Shown here: one piece after another, positions 55,189 to 64,000 of the stretch
Position numbering within the stretch: the stretch's first letter is position 1
Layout: the number at the start of each line of letters is the position of its first letter
Source: Candidatus Aenigmatarchaeota archaeon
Lineage (GTDB): Archaea > Aenigmatarchaeota > Aenigmatarchaeia > CG10238-14 > SCSR01
Assembly: GCA_038998335.1 (NCBI GenBank)
Contig: JAVZHQ010000001.1
Coordinates: 128,001 to 192,000 of the forward strand
DNA: 64,000 nt
Direction of reading: 5' to 3'
Notes under the pieces: generated by a model
Told to the model about the DNA's origin: nothing
What the model saw: only the letters and a program-made list of their open reading frames with translations
Database searches by the model: none
Position numbers and translations under genes: made by a program

Positions 55189-57668
55189 CCTGGCATCTCC
55201 AAACCTAATATTTTTGACTCACCTCTATCCATGGTTACACCATAAACCCTATCCCCATACTTGATAGTTTCATCGTTATGAGTTATAACGATAAACTGAG
55301 CTTCTTTTGAAAGAGATTTTATCAATTCAGCAACTTTTCTTGAGTTTTCTTTGTCCAAAGCAGCATCAACTTCATCTAAAATGTAAAATGGAGCAGGCCT
55401 ATAGCTCTGAACAGCAAAGATAAAAGCTAAGGCAGTTAAAGCCTTTTCTCCTCCTGAAAGTGAATCTATGTTAAGTAAAGTCTTTCCTCCTGGGTTTGCT
55501 TGAATTATTAATCCTGACTCTAAATCTAAAGGATTCTCTAGCTCAAGGCTTGCGCTTCCGCCTGTCATCTTCTTGAATATTTGATTGAACTTTTCGCTCA
55601 ACTCTTTCAAGCATTTGTTAAAGACTTCTCTTCTTTTCTCTTCTATTTTTTCGATCATGTCTAGAACAGCTTTTTTCTCTTCTAATATTTTTTCATACTT
55701 TTTCTTGTACTCATCAAACTCAGCTTTAAACTTCTCGTATTGTTCTATAGCTTTAAAGTTTACTGCTCCCAAAGAGTTAAGCTCTTTAACAGTTTGTTCT
55801 ATAGCTTCTTCTAAAGCCTTAATTCCTTTTTCTATTGGTTTAATTTCACCATACTGCAAAGCTTCTACTTTTAAAGTTTCAAGCTCAGCTTCAATCTTCG
55901 CTTTCTGGATTTTTAGCTTGTTCAGCTTTGTTTGAATGTTAAGTCTTTTTTCATAAGCTCTTTTTCTCTCGTTTCTAAGTTTATCAAGCTCAAACTCAGA
56001 ATCTACCTTAATTTTCTCAAGGTCGATTATTTCCTTAGTCTCTTCTGCTTGGGAATACTTCTTCAACTTTTCCTCAAGCTCTTTTATTTCATTTTTCAAA
56101 ATTTCGTTTTCCTCTTGAAGCTTTTTCTTAAGCTTAAGATATTCTTCAACTTCTTCCTTAGCAGTTTCTACAGCTATTCTTGGATGTTTTCTTACAAGAT
56201 AACCTCCTGTCATAGCTCCACTTCTTTCTATCAAATCTCCGTCTAAGGTGACCATCCTAACCTTTCCAATTCCTATTGCTCTTGCAACCTCTAGATTTTC
56301 AACCAAAAGAGTGTCGCCAAAAACAAACTCTATAGCTGGTAAAATTTTTTGCTCGCACTTAATAACTTTTGCAACGCTTCCAAAAGCTCCTTTTATCCTG
56401 AAAGATTTTTCCTCAAGCTTTCTTGGTTTAATTTTGTTTAAAGGAATGAAAGTTGCCCTTCCTATCTTTTCTCTTTTAAGATAGTCTATGCAAAAACTTG
56501 CTATTTCATCATTCTCTACTATTATATCGTTAAGATGAGGACCTGCTGCAATCTCTACAGCAAGCTGATAATCTTGCGAAGTTTTTATCAAATTTTTCAA
56601 AGTTCCAAGAACTCCTTTTAAATTAAGGCTTAGTATTGCTTTCACGCTTGCTGGCACTTCTTCTTCTCTGACTTCAATAGTTTGTAACTTTTCTATTAGC
56701 CTATCTAACCTTTCTATTTCTTTCAAGTTTGAGTCAAGTTTATCCTTGTTGAAAAGGATTTTTGTTCTTAAGTAAGAAATTTCTTTCTCTACCTCAACTT
56801 TTTTTGAAATTTGAATGAGCTTGTCAGCAAGCTCTCTTATGCTTTTTTCTTTTTTCTCTAATTCTTCTTCTATCCTTTCAAGTTCTTCCTGAACTTTTTT
56901 ATTCTCTTCTTCCTCTTTTGCTATTTCCTGATCTAAAGTTTTCTGCATTTCTTCAAAGTTTTTTATTTTTCTAAAAATCAAGGAAGCTTTAAGAGTTTGT
57001 AATTGCTTTTGCAAAGTTTGGTATCTTATCGCAGCGTTTCTCTCTTCTTCTAATCTTTTAAAAATCTCATAGCGTTCAGTAATTATTATTTCTGCTTCCT
57101 TTAACTTTTGGTCTACTGCCTCTAATTCTCTTTGAGCTTTTTCTTTTTTATCATTATATTCAGCTATACCAGAAATTTCATCTATTATAAACCTTCTTTC
57201 CACAGGGTTCATTTCTATTATGTTTGTAACATCACCTTGCAGTATTATGTTATGACCATCAGGCCTAATTCTTGCTGAAGAAAGAACTTCTAGAATCTTT
57301 TCTCTTGTTGTAGTCCTTCCCTGAAGCTTGTAGATGGAAACTCCTTTTCTGTTAACTTTTCTTGTTATGGAAATTTCTGGTTCATCGAAAGGAAATTCTT
57401 TGTTCGAATTATCAAGGTACAAAGTTACAGAAGCATACTGAGCAGGAGCTTTTCCATTACCACCATGAAAAATAAGCTCGTGAAGCCTTTCTGCTCTTAA
57501 ACTTTTTGCTGAAATTCTTCCTAAAACGAAGCATACAGAATCTACTATGTTTGATTTTCCGCTTCCGTTTGGGCCACAAATTATATTGAAACCTCTAAGT
57601 AAAGGTATTGAAATCTTCTTGTTGAAACTTTTAAAACCTTGTAAGGTTAGTCTTGTTATGCAAGTCAT
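55185..57668 (-). CDS. smc: Chromosome segregation ATPase SMC (short, 827 aa)
   Basis: GFKSF, GPNGSGKSN, LQGD, hinge GRATFIPL..TLDGD...GAMTGG, LSGGE, LDEVDAALD. Confidence 0.95.
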   Translation of the reverse strand: MTCITRLTLQGFKSFNKKISIPLLRGFNIICGPNGSGKSNIVDSVCFVLGRISAKSLRAERLHELIFHGGNGKAPAQYASVTLYLDNSNKEFPFDEPEISITRKVNRKGVSIYKLQGRTTTREKILEVLSSARIRPDGHNIILQGDVTNIIEMNPVERRFIIDEISGIAEYNDKKEKAQRELEAVDQKLKEAEIIITERYEIFKRLEEERNAAIRYQTLQKQLQTLKASLIFRKIKNFEEMQKTLDQEIAKEEEENKKVQEELERIEEELEKKEKSIRELADKLIQISKKVEVEKEISYLRTKILFNKDKLDSNLKEIERLDRLIEKLQTIEVREEEVPASVKAILSLNLKGVLGTLKNLIKTSQDYQLAVEIAAGPHLNDIIVENDEIASFCIDYLKREKIGRATFIPLNKIKPRKLEEKSFRIKGAFGSVAKVIKCEQKILPAIEFVFGDTLLVENLEVARAIGIGKVRMVTLDGDLIERSGAMTGGYLVRKHPRIAVETAKEEVEEYLKLKKKLQEENEILKNEIKELEEKLKKYSQAEETKEIIDLEKIKVDSEFELDKLRNERKRAYEKRLNIQTKLNKLKIQKAKIEAELETLKVEALQYGEIKPIEKGIKALEEAIEQTVKELNSLGAVNFKAIEQYEKFKAEFDEYKKKYEKILEEKKAVLDMIEKIEEKRREVFNKCLKELSEKFNQIFKKMTGGSASLELENPLDLESGLIIQANPGGKTLLNIDSLSGGEKALTALAFIFAVQSYRPAPFYILDEVDAALDKENSRKVAELIKSLSKEAQFIVITHNDETIKYGDRVYGVTMDRGESKILGLEMPG

Positions 57669-57773
57669 TACTTTTCACTTTGTAAGTTAAATAACCTGAT
57701 AACTCTCATATATTTATTGGAGTTTAAAACGCAAATATATTTCTGAGCAAAAAAATAATTAAAATTGAGTAGT

Positions 57774-58625
57774 ATGAAAGAAAAGCTTTTATTTTTCGTC
57801 TTATTCTTTTTATTAACTTTTTTGGTAAGCATAAACGGTATTCCTTTTGTCGAAGTTCCAGCAACGCTTAACGAATCTTTGGTAGAGATTTCAGTTTTCA
57901 AAATAAACGAAAAAGTTATAATAAGAGTAAACGTTAGCGATACAGAAAATGATGTTCAATACGTTTGGTTAAACTTAACCGCTAGTAATGGAACATTGGT
58001 TTTGATAAATGAACTTATGACTAATACTTCTATAGCTTGTGGTGAAAATTGTTCTGTTTGGGAGAAAAATTATACTATAGCTGGAGGGGAGCCTGCTGGA
58101 ACTTGGGTTATTAATGTTACGGCAAACGATACTTCTGGAAATACTGCTAGCAATTCAACAACTTTTAACGTTAGCAAGTATATTGAGCTAACAATTTCTC
58201 AGGCTTTGATAGAAGGTATATCCTTTGGTTTGGTTAATCCTGGAACTGTAGGTAAACCTGCTTTGAACAACTCAGGTTTGCCTAACGGCGGAACGCAATA
58301 TAACCTAACACTTGGTACTTCCTCAAACGTAAACGCTGATTTTTACCACAGAATAAACGAAACTCATTCAAGTATATACATAAATGAATCTTCAAGTAGA
58401 ACAAGTGAGCTTGAAGGGTTTTCTTCCAACACTACTTTATCAAGTGAATGGAAAATTATGGGCAATTCTTCGGTAAATTGTAGTGCAATATTTCCAGGAA
58501 ATAGTTGCTGGGTTAGGTATTTTATAGATGTAGAACAAGGTACTTCTTCTCAATATTTTGAAAGAAGGTATTGTTTTTGCGCTGTGTATGAAGGAGGAGA
58601 CTATTCACTTTGTGGATATTGTTAA
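57774..58625 (+). CDS. Secreted Cys-rich surface protein
   Basis: Signal peptide; many N-x-S/T sequons. Confidence 0.7.
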   Translation: MKEKLLFFVLFFLLTFLVSINGIPFVEVPATLNESLVEISVFKINEKVIIRVNVSDTENDVQYVWLNLTASNGTLVLINELMTNTSIACGENCSVWEKNYTIAGGEPAGTWVINVTANDTSGNTASNSTTFNVSKYIELTISQALIEGISFGLVNPGTVGKPALNNSGLPNGGTQYNLTLGTSSNVNADFYHRINETHSSIYINESSSRTSELEGFSSNTTLSSEWKIMGNSSVNCSAIFPGNSCWVRYFIDVEQGTSSQYFERRYCFCAVYEGGDYSLCGYC

Positions 58626-58669
58626 CATTAGTGATAATCCTTATAAGATAAAAAAACCAAATTTTATTC

Positions 58670-59266
58670 ATGGTAGTAGAAATAAAACTTAGGTACCTTG
58701 TACCAGTAGTTGCATTTTTAGTGTTAGCGTGTATAGTTAAATCACAAGAGAAAATCACAGGTTCAACAGAAATATCAGCAAACGTAGGCCAATATCTTGC
58801 TCTAAATCTTTCCAGCGATCTTTCGGGAGGAATTTCTTTTTCTTCAGTAACCCCTGGAAGTCAAAATAATATGGCTACAGGCAATCAAGGACCCGATAAT
58901 TGTACAAAGTATTGGGTTGGAGTAGATCCATCTTCTAATCTGAATGTAAATATGTGGCATAAAGCAAATCAAAGTATGAAATACGGAATTAATGAGATAT
59001 CAATAGGAAACTTAACACACGAAGCAAACAAAACTAGTAACGGAGCAAATGTAGATATGGATTTGTGGAGCGATGGCCGATATCCCCTATCGCTACAATA
59101 CATGCCAATTGGTGGAACTCCTGAACCATGTCACGATCTTGCTCCTGGGGAAGCTTGCTTTATAGCTTTCTGGTTAGATGTTCCCGGCGGAGTGCCTAGT
59201 GGTAACTACAAGTCATACTATTGGTACTGTGCCAATGCAACTTCAGGGAGCACTTCATGTGAGTAA
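58670..59266 (+). CDS. Secreted protein resembling the C-terminal half of the upstream gene
   Basis: Shared GISF..V.PG, C..L.PG..C, DV..G..S..Y pattern. Confidence 0.7.
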   Translation: MVVEIKLRYLVPVVAFLVLACIVKSQEKITGSTEISANVGQYLALNLSSDLSGGISFSSVTPGSQNNMATGNQGPDNCTKYWVGVDPSSNLNVNMWHKANQSMKYGINEISIGNLTHEANKTSNGANVDMDLWSDGRYPLSLQYMPIGGTPEPCHDLAPGEACFIAFWLDVPGGVPSGNYKSYYWYCANATSGSTSCE

Positions 59267-59275
59267 TGTTAGTAA

Positions 59276-59866
59276 CTAAGGAGTAATTTTAAGCTTTCTT
59301 TTTTTTACTAAAAAGAATAAGACTATTACTAAAACTATTAACATAATTGCTCCTAAAACTAAGGGGAAAGTGTTTAAAGGGTAGAAATTAACCCAAAAAT
59401 CTATAGGTTCTACTGTTGTAGCAGCTCCAACCTGACAAACTGCTTTTATAGCTCCTCTGTATTCTACTTTTTCCGGGTAAAGTTCAAAGCTAGGCTTGAA
59501 AGTGAATTCAATAGGACCTTTAAACTTTAAGCAAACAAGTCTTGCTTGGTTTGAAGTTAAAGAGCAGTTAGAAGCTATACATTCCCTTCTTCCTTCAGGC
59601 TCCGAAGGACAATCCAGAATATTTTCAGTTAACTGAAAAGGCTCTTGAGGCTCTAAAAATCTACTTATTTCTTTGCTCCCTTCTACTCTACAACTTATTG
59701 GAGAAGAATAAGTTGAGAACACGCAAGCAGCATCACAAATTTCTATGGAATCTAAAGCTTTAAGCTCTACACTCCCTTTAACAACCATTAGCCCTGCTTT
59801 TGCTGGGTAACTAAGCAAAGAAAAAAGAGCTATTAATAATAGAACAGATTTTCTAATCTCTCTCAC
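59276..59866 (-). CDS. Hypothetical membrane-anchored Cys-rich protein
   Basis: Signal peptide, C-terminal TM and basic tail. Confidence 0.65.
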   Translation of the reverse strand: MREIRKSVLLLIALFSLLSYPAKAGLMVVKGSVELKALDSIEICDAACVFSTYSSPISCRVEGSKEISRFLEPQEPFQLTENILDCPSEPEGRRECIASNCSLTSNQARLVCLKFKGPIEFTFKPSFELYPEKVEYRGAIKAVCQVGAATTVEPIDFWVNFYPLNTFPLVLGAIMLIVLVIVLFFLVKKRKLKITP

Positions 59867-59944
59867 TTTTTATAATTCGAATGAGTAGCTTATATGCGTT
59901 TTGGTTTTTTTAATTATTTTAACCTCAGAAGAGAAAATATAATT

Positions 59945-61339
59945 ATGAAAAAAAACATTTTGGTTTTTTTGGCTCTATTTCTTATAGTACCGCCTTTGGT
60001 TTACGCTCAACTTTTCCATTCCGGCCAAACACCTATAAACGTTAAAGTTTTTGAACCAAATGTTTGTGGTAATGGAGTTTGCGAAGCTGGAGAAGATTGT
60101 AGAAATTGTCCGCAAGATTGTGGTATTTGTCCAGCTCCACCAGGAGGCGGAGGACCAGGAATTTTTATTCCTCCAAACATTTCAGTTTCGCCTTACAATT
60201 TTTCCCTAGTCCTTAAAAACCTCTCTTCTTTCATTCCAGTTTATGTTGAGATTCCGCCTGATAAAAATCTAAGCATAATTGCTCTAATAGTTGAAACGAA
60301 AAGCAACTTGAATGAGCTCAACCTTACCGTAGAAAGACTTTTTGAAAAACCAGCTTATGTTAATTCTTCTTCTGAAAACGATTATACTTACATTCAAATT
60401 ATTTCAAGTTCTCAAGATATTTTCAGGCTAAAGTTTAAGTTTAAGGTTGAAAAGAGTTGGTTCAGAGAAAAAGGAATAACTAACGCTTCTATCATTTCTA
60501 TGTTTAAATTTAAGGAAAGAAGTTGGGAAAGACTTTTTACGATGCTAATTCACGAAGATTCTAACTACTACTATTACTATTCAGAGTGTTGGGGTTTAAG
60601 TTTATTTTCAATAGGAACTTACAAAGAAGAGGAAGTAGCTATACCAATTCCTTCTTGTCCTCTTTGCCCTTCAGATACTGACTGGACTGCTTGCGTGAAT
60701 AACGAGCAAAGTAGAATAAGGTACGTTTGCGGGAATGAAACTGGTTATGTTTGCTTGCCAATAGTTGAAAAGAGAAGTTGCGAAATAGAAAGAGCTTTGG
60801 ATTTCACTTTCCTTTACTTAGGAGTAATAATTGCTCTAGCAATTGCTTTAGTGGGAATTTTTGTTAAGCAAAAAGTTGTTTTCAAACCAATAAAACTTCC
60901 AAAGCCAAAACCACCAAAGCCAAAGGAAGAAGAAGAGAAACCAAGAATCGTTAGACCAGAAGAAGCTTTAAAGGAAAAAGTTGTGTTAGAAGAAAAACCA
61001 ACCAAGCCTGAAGTTAAACCCGAAAAGGTTAAGTTGGAGGTTCCAAAAGTAGAAGTTAAGCCTGAAGTACCTAAGTTAGCTGTTCCAAAGAAAATAAAAG
61101 TAAGGAAAATCGAAGATATAGTTAAGAAGTTTAACGTTGGAGATTTGATAAGAGTTAAGGCTGATGTTGCACTTCATGCTATTGGAATTCCTCATGTTTA
61201 CAAGTTAGAAGACGAAAGTGCGATAATTTACGGAACTTATGATAGGCTTATTGATAGAGGAACTTATTGGGTTGAAGCTATAATTAAAGAAGAGGACGGA
61301 AGGAAGTATCTTGAGATTAAGGAGGTGAAGAATGTTTGA
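59945..61339 (+). CDS. Surface protein with a PGF-pre-PGF-like domain, TM and cytoplasmic Pro/Lys/Glu-rich tail
   Basis: CGNGVCEAGEDC..CPQDC, FKVEKSW...GLSLFSI, TM. Confidence 0.7.
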   Translation: MKKNILVFLALFLIVPPLVYAQLFHSGQTPINVKVFEPNVCGNGVCEAGEDCRNCPQDCGICPAPPGGGGPGIFIPPNISVSPYNFSLVLKNLSSFIPVYVEIPPDKNLSIIALIVETKSNLNELNLTVERLFEKPAYVNSSSENDYTYIQIISSSQDIFRLKFKFKVEKSWFREKGITNASIISMFKFKERSWERLFTMLIHEDSNYYYYYSECWGLSLFSIGTYKEEEVAIPIPSCPLCPSDTDWTACVNNEQSRIRYVCGNETGYVCLPIVEKRSCEIERALDFTFLYLGVIIALAIALVGIFVKQKVVFKPIKLPKPKPPKPKEEEEKPRIVRPEEALKEKVVLEEKPTKPEVKPEKVKLEVPKVEVKPEVPKLAVPKKIKVRKIEDIVKKFNVGDLIRVKADVALHAIGIPHVYKLEDESAIIYGTYDRLIDRGTYWVEAIIKEEDGRKYLEIKEVKNV

Positions 61340-61769
61340 AATTCCAGCTCCTTCCTTAAAAAAGGAAGAAAAAGAAGAAAAGCCAGAAGTTAAAGAAGAA
61401 AAGAAAGTAGAAGTTAAAAAACCAGAGAAGAAAAAAGAAAAGAAGAAAAAAGTGGCTAAACCAAAAGTAGAAAAAATAAAAGGTATGGAAGTTTTTGTTA
61501 AGGAAATAAAAAAGCAAATAAAGGTTTTGAAAGAAACAGGAAAAAAACTAGAGAAAGAACTTTCTTCTGACATACTTAAAAACTTGAATCAAACACTAGA
61601 AGAGCTAAAAAAATTAAAGGACGAAAAAGCAAGGGTAGAGCAATCGATTAAAATGCTAGAAGAGAAAAAGGCAACCTTACTTCAGAGAAAATCAGAAATT
61701 CAAAAACAAATGAATGTTATAAAGAAAAAGATAGAAAGTTTAGAAGAATCTTTCAAAAGTATTGGTTAG
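61332..61769 (+). CDS. Lys/Glu-rich coiled-coil protein
   Basis: GGAGGTGA SD; heptad pattern. Confidence 0.7.
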   Translation: MFEIPAPSLKKEEKEEKPEVKEEKKVEVKKPEKKKEKKKKVAKPKVEKIKGMEVFVKEIKKQIKVLKETGKKLEKELSSDILKNLNQTLEELKKLKDEKARVEQSIKMLEEKKATLLQRKSEIQKQMNVIKKKIESLEESFKSIG

Positions 61770-62230
61770 TAGATTATTCCATTGTAATTAAGAAAATCGA
61801 TCGTAGAAAAAATTAAACTCTCTAAGATTTTGGTAAGGGAAAAATCTTGGGAAGGAAGCTCGGTATCTAGCGAATATTTTTTCAAGAGGTCTTTCAGTGC
61901 TTTACCATCAATAAGTTTTATTCCATAGCTTTTTGCTAAAATCTTTGTTTGTTTAGAGTAGAAAGAGTTTGTTACCATATGGCCTTCTTTAATTTTTGTG
62001 TCTTGTAAAACTAGGTAAAAGTTTGCCAGATCTTTTTTACCAACTTCTAAATTTTCTCTCCATTTGCATTCTATTGCTATCTTTTTACTCAAAAAATTTT
62101 TGTAAGCGTATAAGTCAACCTCATGATAAGCTCCACTCATTCCTCTTAAAACTTTTCTTCTTTCGACTTTATATCCCATTTTCTTGTAAAGTTTTTCGAC
62201 TAAAATTTCAAACTTCTCGCCTTTTTCCAT
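61766..62230 (-). CDS. Mrr-like restriction endonuclease domain protein
   Basis: FE...GY, HEVD...IECK, VTNS, LIDG. Confidence 0.85.
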   Translation of the reverse strand: MEKGEKFEILVEKLYKKMGYKVERRKVLRGMSGAYHEVDLYAYKNFLSKKIAIECKWRENLEVGKKDLANFYLVLQDTKIKEGHMVTNSFYSKQTKILAKSYGIKLIDGKALKDLLKKYSLDTELPSQDFSLTKILESLIFSTIDFLNYNGIIY

Positions 62231-62609
62231 ACTTTCTACCCAACTCTTCCTTTATAGTTTGAGTAACATCTAAAGCAATTTCTCTGTTATACTTCTCGAG
62301 AAAATTTTCAAGTTTATCTCTTGTTTCAAAACCAAGGAGAAATGTCAAGAGCGGAATGCCAAACTCTAAAATGCTTAAGTTTTTATCATTTTCTAAGCGT
62401 TTAATATTTTTTTCTATCCATTCTAAAAAGTTTTCTTTGTAGAAGTTTCTAATCTCGTTATCGCTTACTATTTTGTTCCTAAGCGATTTAAGTTTGTTAA
62501 CTATTTCTTCTCTTTTTTCTGGGTTTTCTTGATAGTATCTAATTAGGTTATCGTTTAATCTTAACTTAATTAATTCTTCTTCATAACTTAGCTCTTTAAA
62601 GAAACTCAA
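62208..62609 (-). CDS. Hypothetical protein
   Basis: Overlapping ORF in an operon. Confidence 0.6.
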   Translation of the reverse strand: MSFFKELSYEEELIKLRLNDNLIRYYQENPEKREEIVNKLKSLRNKIVSDNEIRNFYKENFLEWIEKNIKRLENDKNLSILEFGIPLLTFLLGFETRDKLENFLEKYNREIALDVTQTIKEELGRKYGKRREV

Positions 62610-62619
62610 CTTTATCCCT

Positions 62620-62976
62620 TCATGTAGTCAAAAAATTTCTAACAACAAAATCTTTAACAACTTCTTCTACAGTTTTTTCCTTGCTGTACTTAGCTTCCAG
62701 ATAACCTTCAAGAAATTGCGAAAAGAATTTTATGGCAACAGGCCATTCTACGTTTTTCATAGCTTTAAGATAATTATTGACTTCGCTATTCGGGAAGAAA
62801 AAATCAATAAAGCTATCTAAAGAAAAGTCAAAATTTTTCTTGAAATTTTCTGCCAGGTTATAGTTTACTTTGCCTTCTTCAAATTCTTTTATTGCTTTTG
62901 GTAAAATTTCCTTTATCCTAGAAAAAACATAAAGAGTTCTTTCTAGATCTTTCAAGTTTTCGTTCAATTTTATCAC
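62620..62976 (-). CDS. Hypothetical protein
   Basis: ORF in an operon. Confidence 0.6.
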   Translation of the reverse strand: MIKLNENLKDLERTLYVFSRIKEILPKAIKEFEEGKVNYNLAENFKKNFDFSLDSFIDFFFPNSEVNNYLKAMKNVEWPVAIKFFSQFLEGYLEAKYSKEKTVEEVVKDFVVRNFLTT

Positions 62977-63278
62977 TCTTCCTTATATTTTTCAAGTTTC
63001 GAAATTCTTGAGCTAAGCTCTTGGTATTGGCTTAAAATCAAGTTTTCAAGTTTGTTTTCCAATTTTTGGATTTCTTTCGTGATTAAAGAATAGGTTGGTT
63101 CAGGGTTACCACTTAAACCTTCTCTTATAGCCTGTTTTATATTTTCTCTCATCACTTCTCTGTTTTTTTGTAAGTAATCTGTAATTTTTCCCTCTAGCCA
63201 CTTCCCTCCAAAGTAGCCTATAGGCAAAGCAATAACAAAAGCTCCTTCAGGAGTTTTTAACCAATCAACTATTCCCAT
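62973..63278 (-). CDS. Hypothetical protein with N-terminal hydrophobic segment and coiled coil
   Basis: GGAGGTGA SD. Confidence 0.65.
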   Translation of the reverse strand: MGIVDWLKTPEGAFVIALPIGYFGGKWLEGKITDYLQKNREVMRENIKQAIREGLSGNPEPTYSLITKEIQKLENKLENLILSQYQELSSRISKLEKYKEE

Positions 63279-63579
63279 ATTTCACCTCCTTTTTCTTCCA
63301 AATTTTTTTGCCAAGATAATCCAAACCATGTCTTGTGAGAATGGTTCCGCTTATTCCCCCAATCAAGCCAAGTTGGGCAGCGTAGCTGTAAGCAGTTTGA
63401 AGAGAATTATAAAGGAGTTGCTGATAGTTTCCGTTAGCCAAACTTGGTAAAAGGTTTGGTATACTTTCTTTCAAAAAACCCAAACAAAAACCTGCCCAGT
63501 AAAGTACTCCAGAGCCAAGAAGTCCGCCCAATAAAGGTAAAGGTTTAAAGTAACCTTTCAGAAATTTGACAACTTTCAT
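63265..63579 (-). CDS. Hypothetical Gly-rich membrane protein
   Basis: LLGGLLGSG...GLIGGISG. Confidence 0.6.
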   Translation of the reverse strand: MKVVKFLKGYFKPLPLLGGLLGSGVLYWAGFCLGFLKESIPNLLPSLANGNYQQLLYNSLQTAYSYAAQLGLIGGISGTILTRHGLDYLGKKIWKKKEVKYGNS

Positions 63580-63656
63580 TTTCTCACAAGCAACTCTTGA
63601 AAGAAGAAATATGATATAATTATGGTACTATGATTTGGCAAAAAATCATAAAATTT

Positions 63657-63698
63657 ACCACTTATGTAGTTTTTTCTTAAATTCACCACTCAAGTGGT
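63657..63698. promoter_or_regulatory. Two putative operator sites ACCACT-NN-(A/T)GT(G/A)GT
   Basis: ACCACTTATGTAGT and ACCACTCAAGTGGT in the divergent intergenic region. Confidence 0.45.
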
Positions 63699-63741
63699 AA
63701 AATTCAAAAGATTTTTATACTCTCGAACTTTACTTTAATTT

Positions 63742-64000
63742 GTGGAGATAAGTAGCGAAGAACTTGTGAATTTACTTAAAAACTTTGGTATGAACGATTA
63801 TGAAGCCAAAGTTTATTCCGCTTTAGTTTTTCTTGGTCCTTCTAAAGCAAGTGAAATAAGTAGAGAGTCAAAAGTTCCTCAATCAAAAATTTATGAAGTT
63901 CTTGACAGGCTAGCTGAAAGGCAATTGGTAGAAGTTTACAGTATAAGGCCGAAAGAATTTAAAGCAGTAAGTCCAGAAGTTTCGCTTAGAAATTTAATAG
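63742..64000 (+). CDS. TrmB-family transcription regulator (runs off the window)
   Basis: FGMNDYEAKVYSAL...SEISRESKVPQSKIYEVL. Confidence 0.88.
   Translation, partial: MEISSEELVNLLKNFGMNDYEAKVYSALVFLGPSKASEISRESKVPQSKIYEVLDRLAERQLVEVYSIRPKEFKAVSPEVSLRNLI

Noticed and set aside
1163-62262. Many short antisense ORFs in the ORF track
   Set aside because: They lie opposite well-supported genes and have Phe/Ser/Leu-rich shadow composition.

Overview
This is AT-rich archaeal chromosomal DNA. Gene content (aIF2alpha-Nop10-PAC2, Sec61beta, FtsZ plus PRC-barrel, Lhr, class III pilins, few metabolic genes) suggests a DPANN-like, possibly Aenigmarchaeota-like, genome; this is inference. The window holds a type IV pilus locus whose ATPase has a 501-aa LAGLIDADG intein, an accessory region (about 9.3-25 kb), and a long housekeeping stretch. 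That stretch includes six tRNAs, an unannotated RNase P RNA, an Asn cluster, ftsZ, a short smc with scpA/scpB, and an mscL pseudogene. Four items stand out. (1) A candidate archaeal radical-SAM RiPP cluster has an unannotated 54-aa precursor ending AYWLNWSTTT (24208-24372, minus), an RRE-like protein, a SPASM rSAM, a methyltransferase, a second rSAM, a HExxH protein and a speD/speE pair. (2) A perfect 16-bp palindrome, TGTTAGACGTCTAACA, recurs at gene boundaries and divides the accessory region into gene-sized modules. (3) An unannotated AbrB/MraZ-like gene lies divergent from ftsZ across six RCGGRTT direct repeats. (4) An HTH/V4R/acyl-CoA-ligase/methyltransferase/transglutaminase operon carries its own operator-like palindrome. 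All family calls come from motif recognition by eye; no database searches were run.
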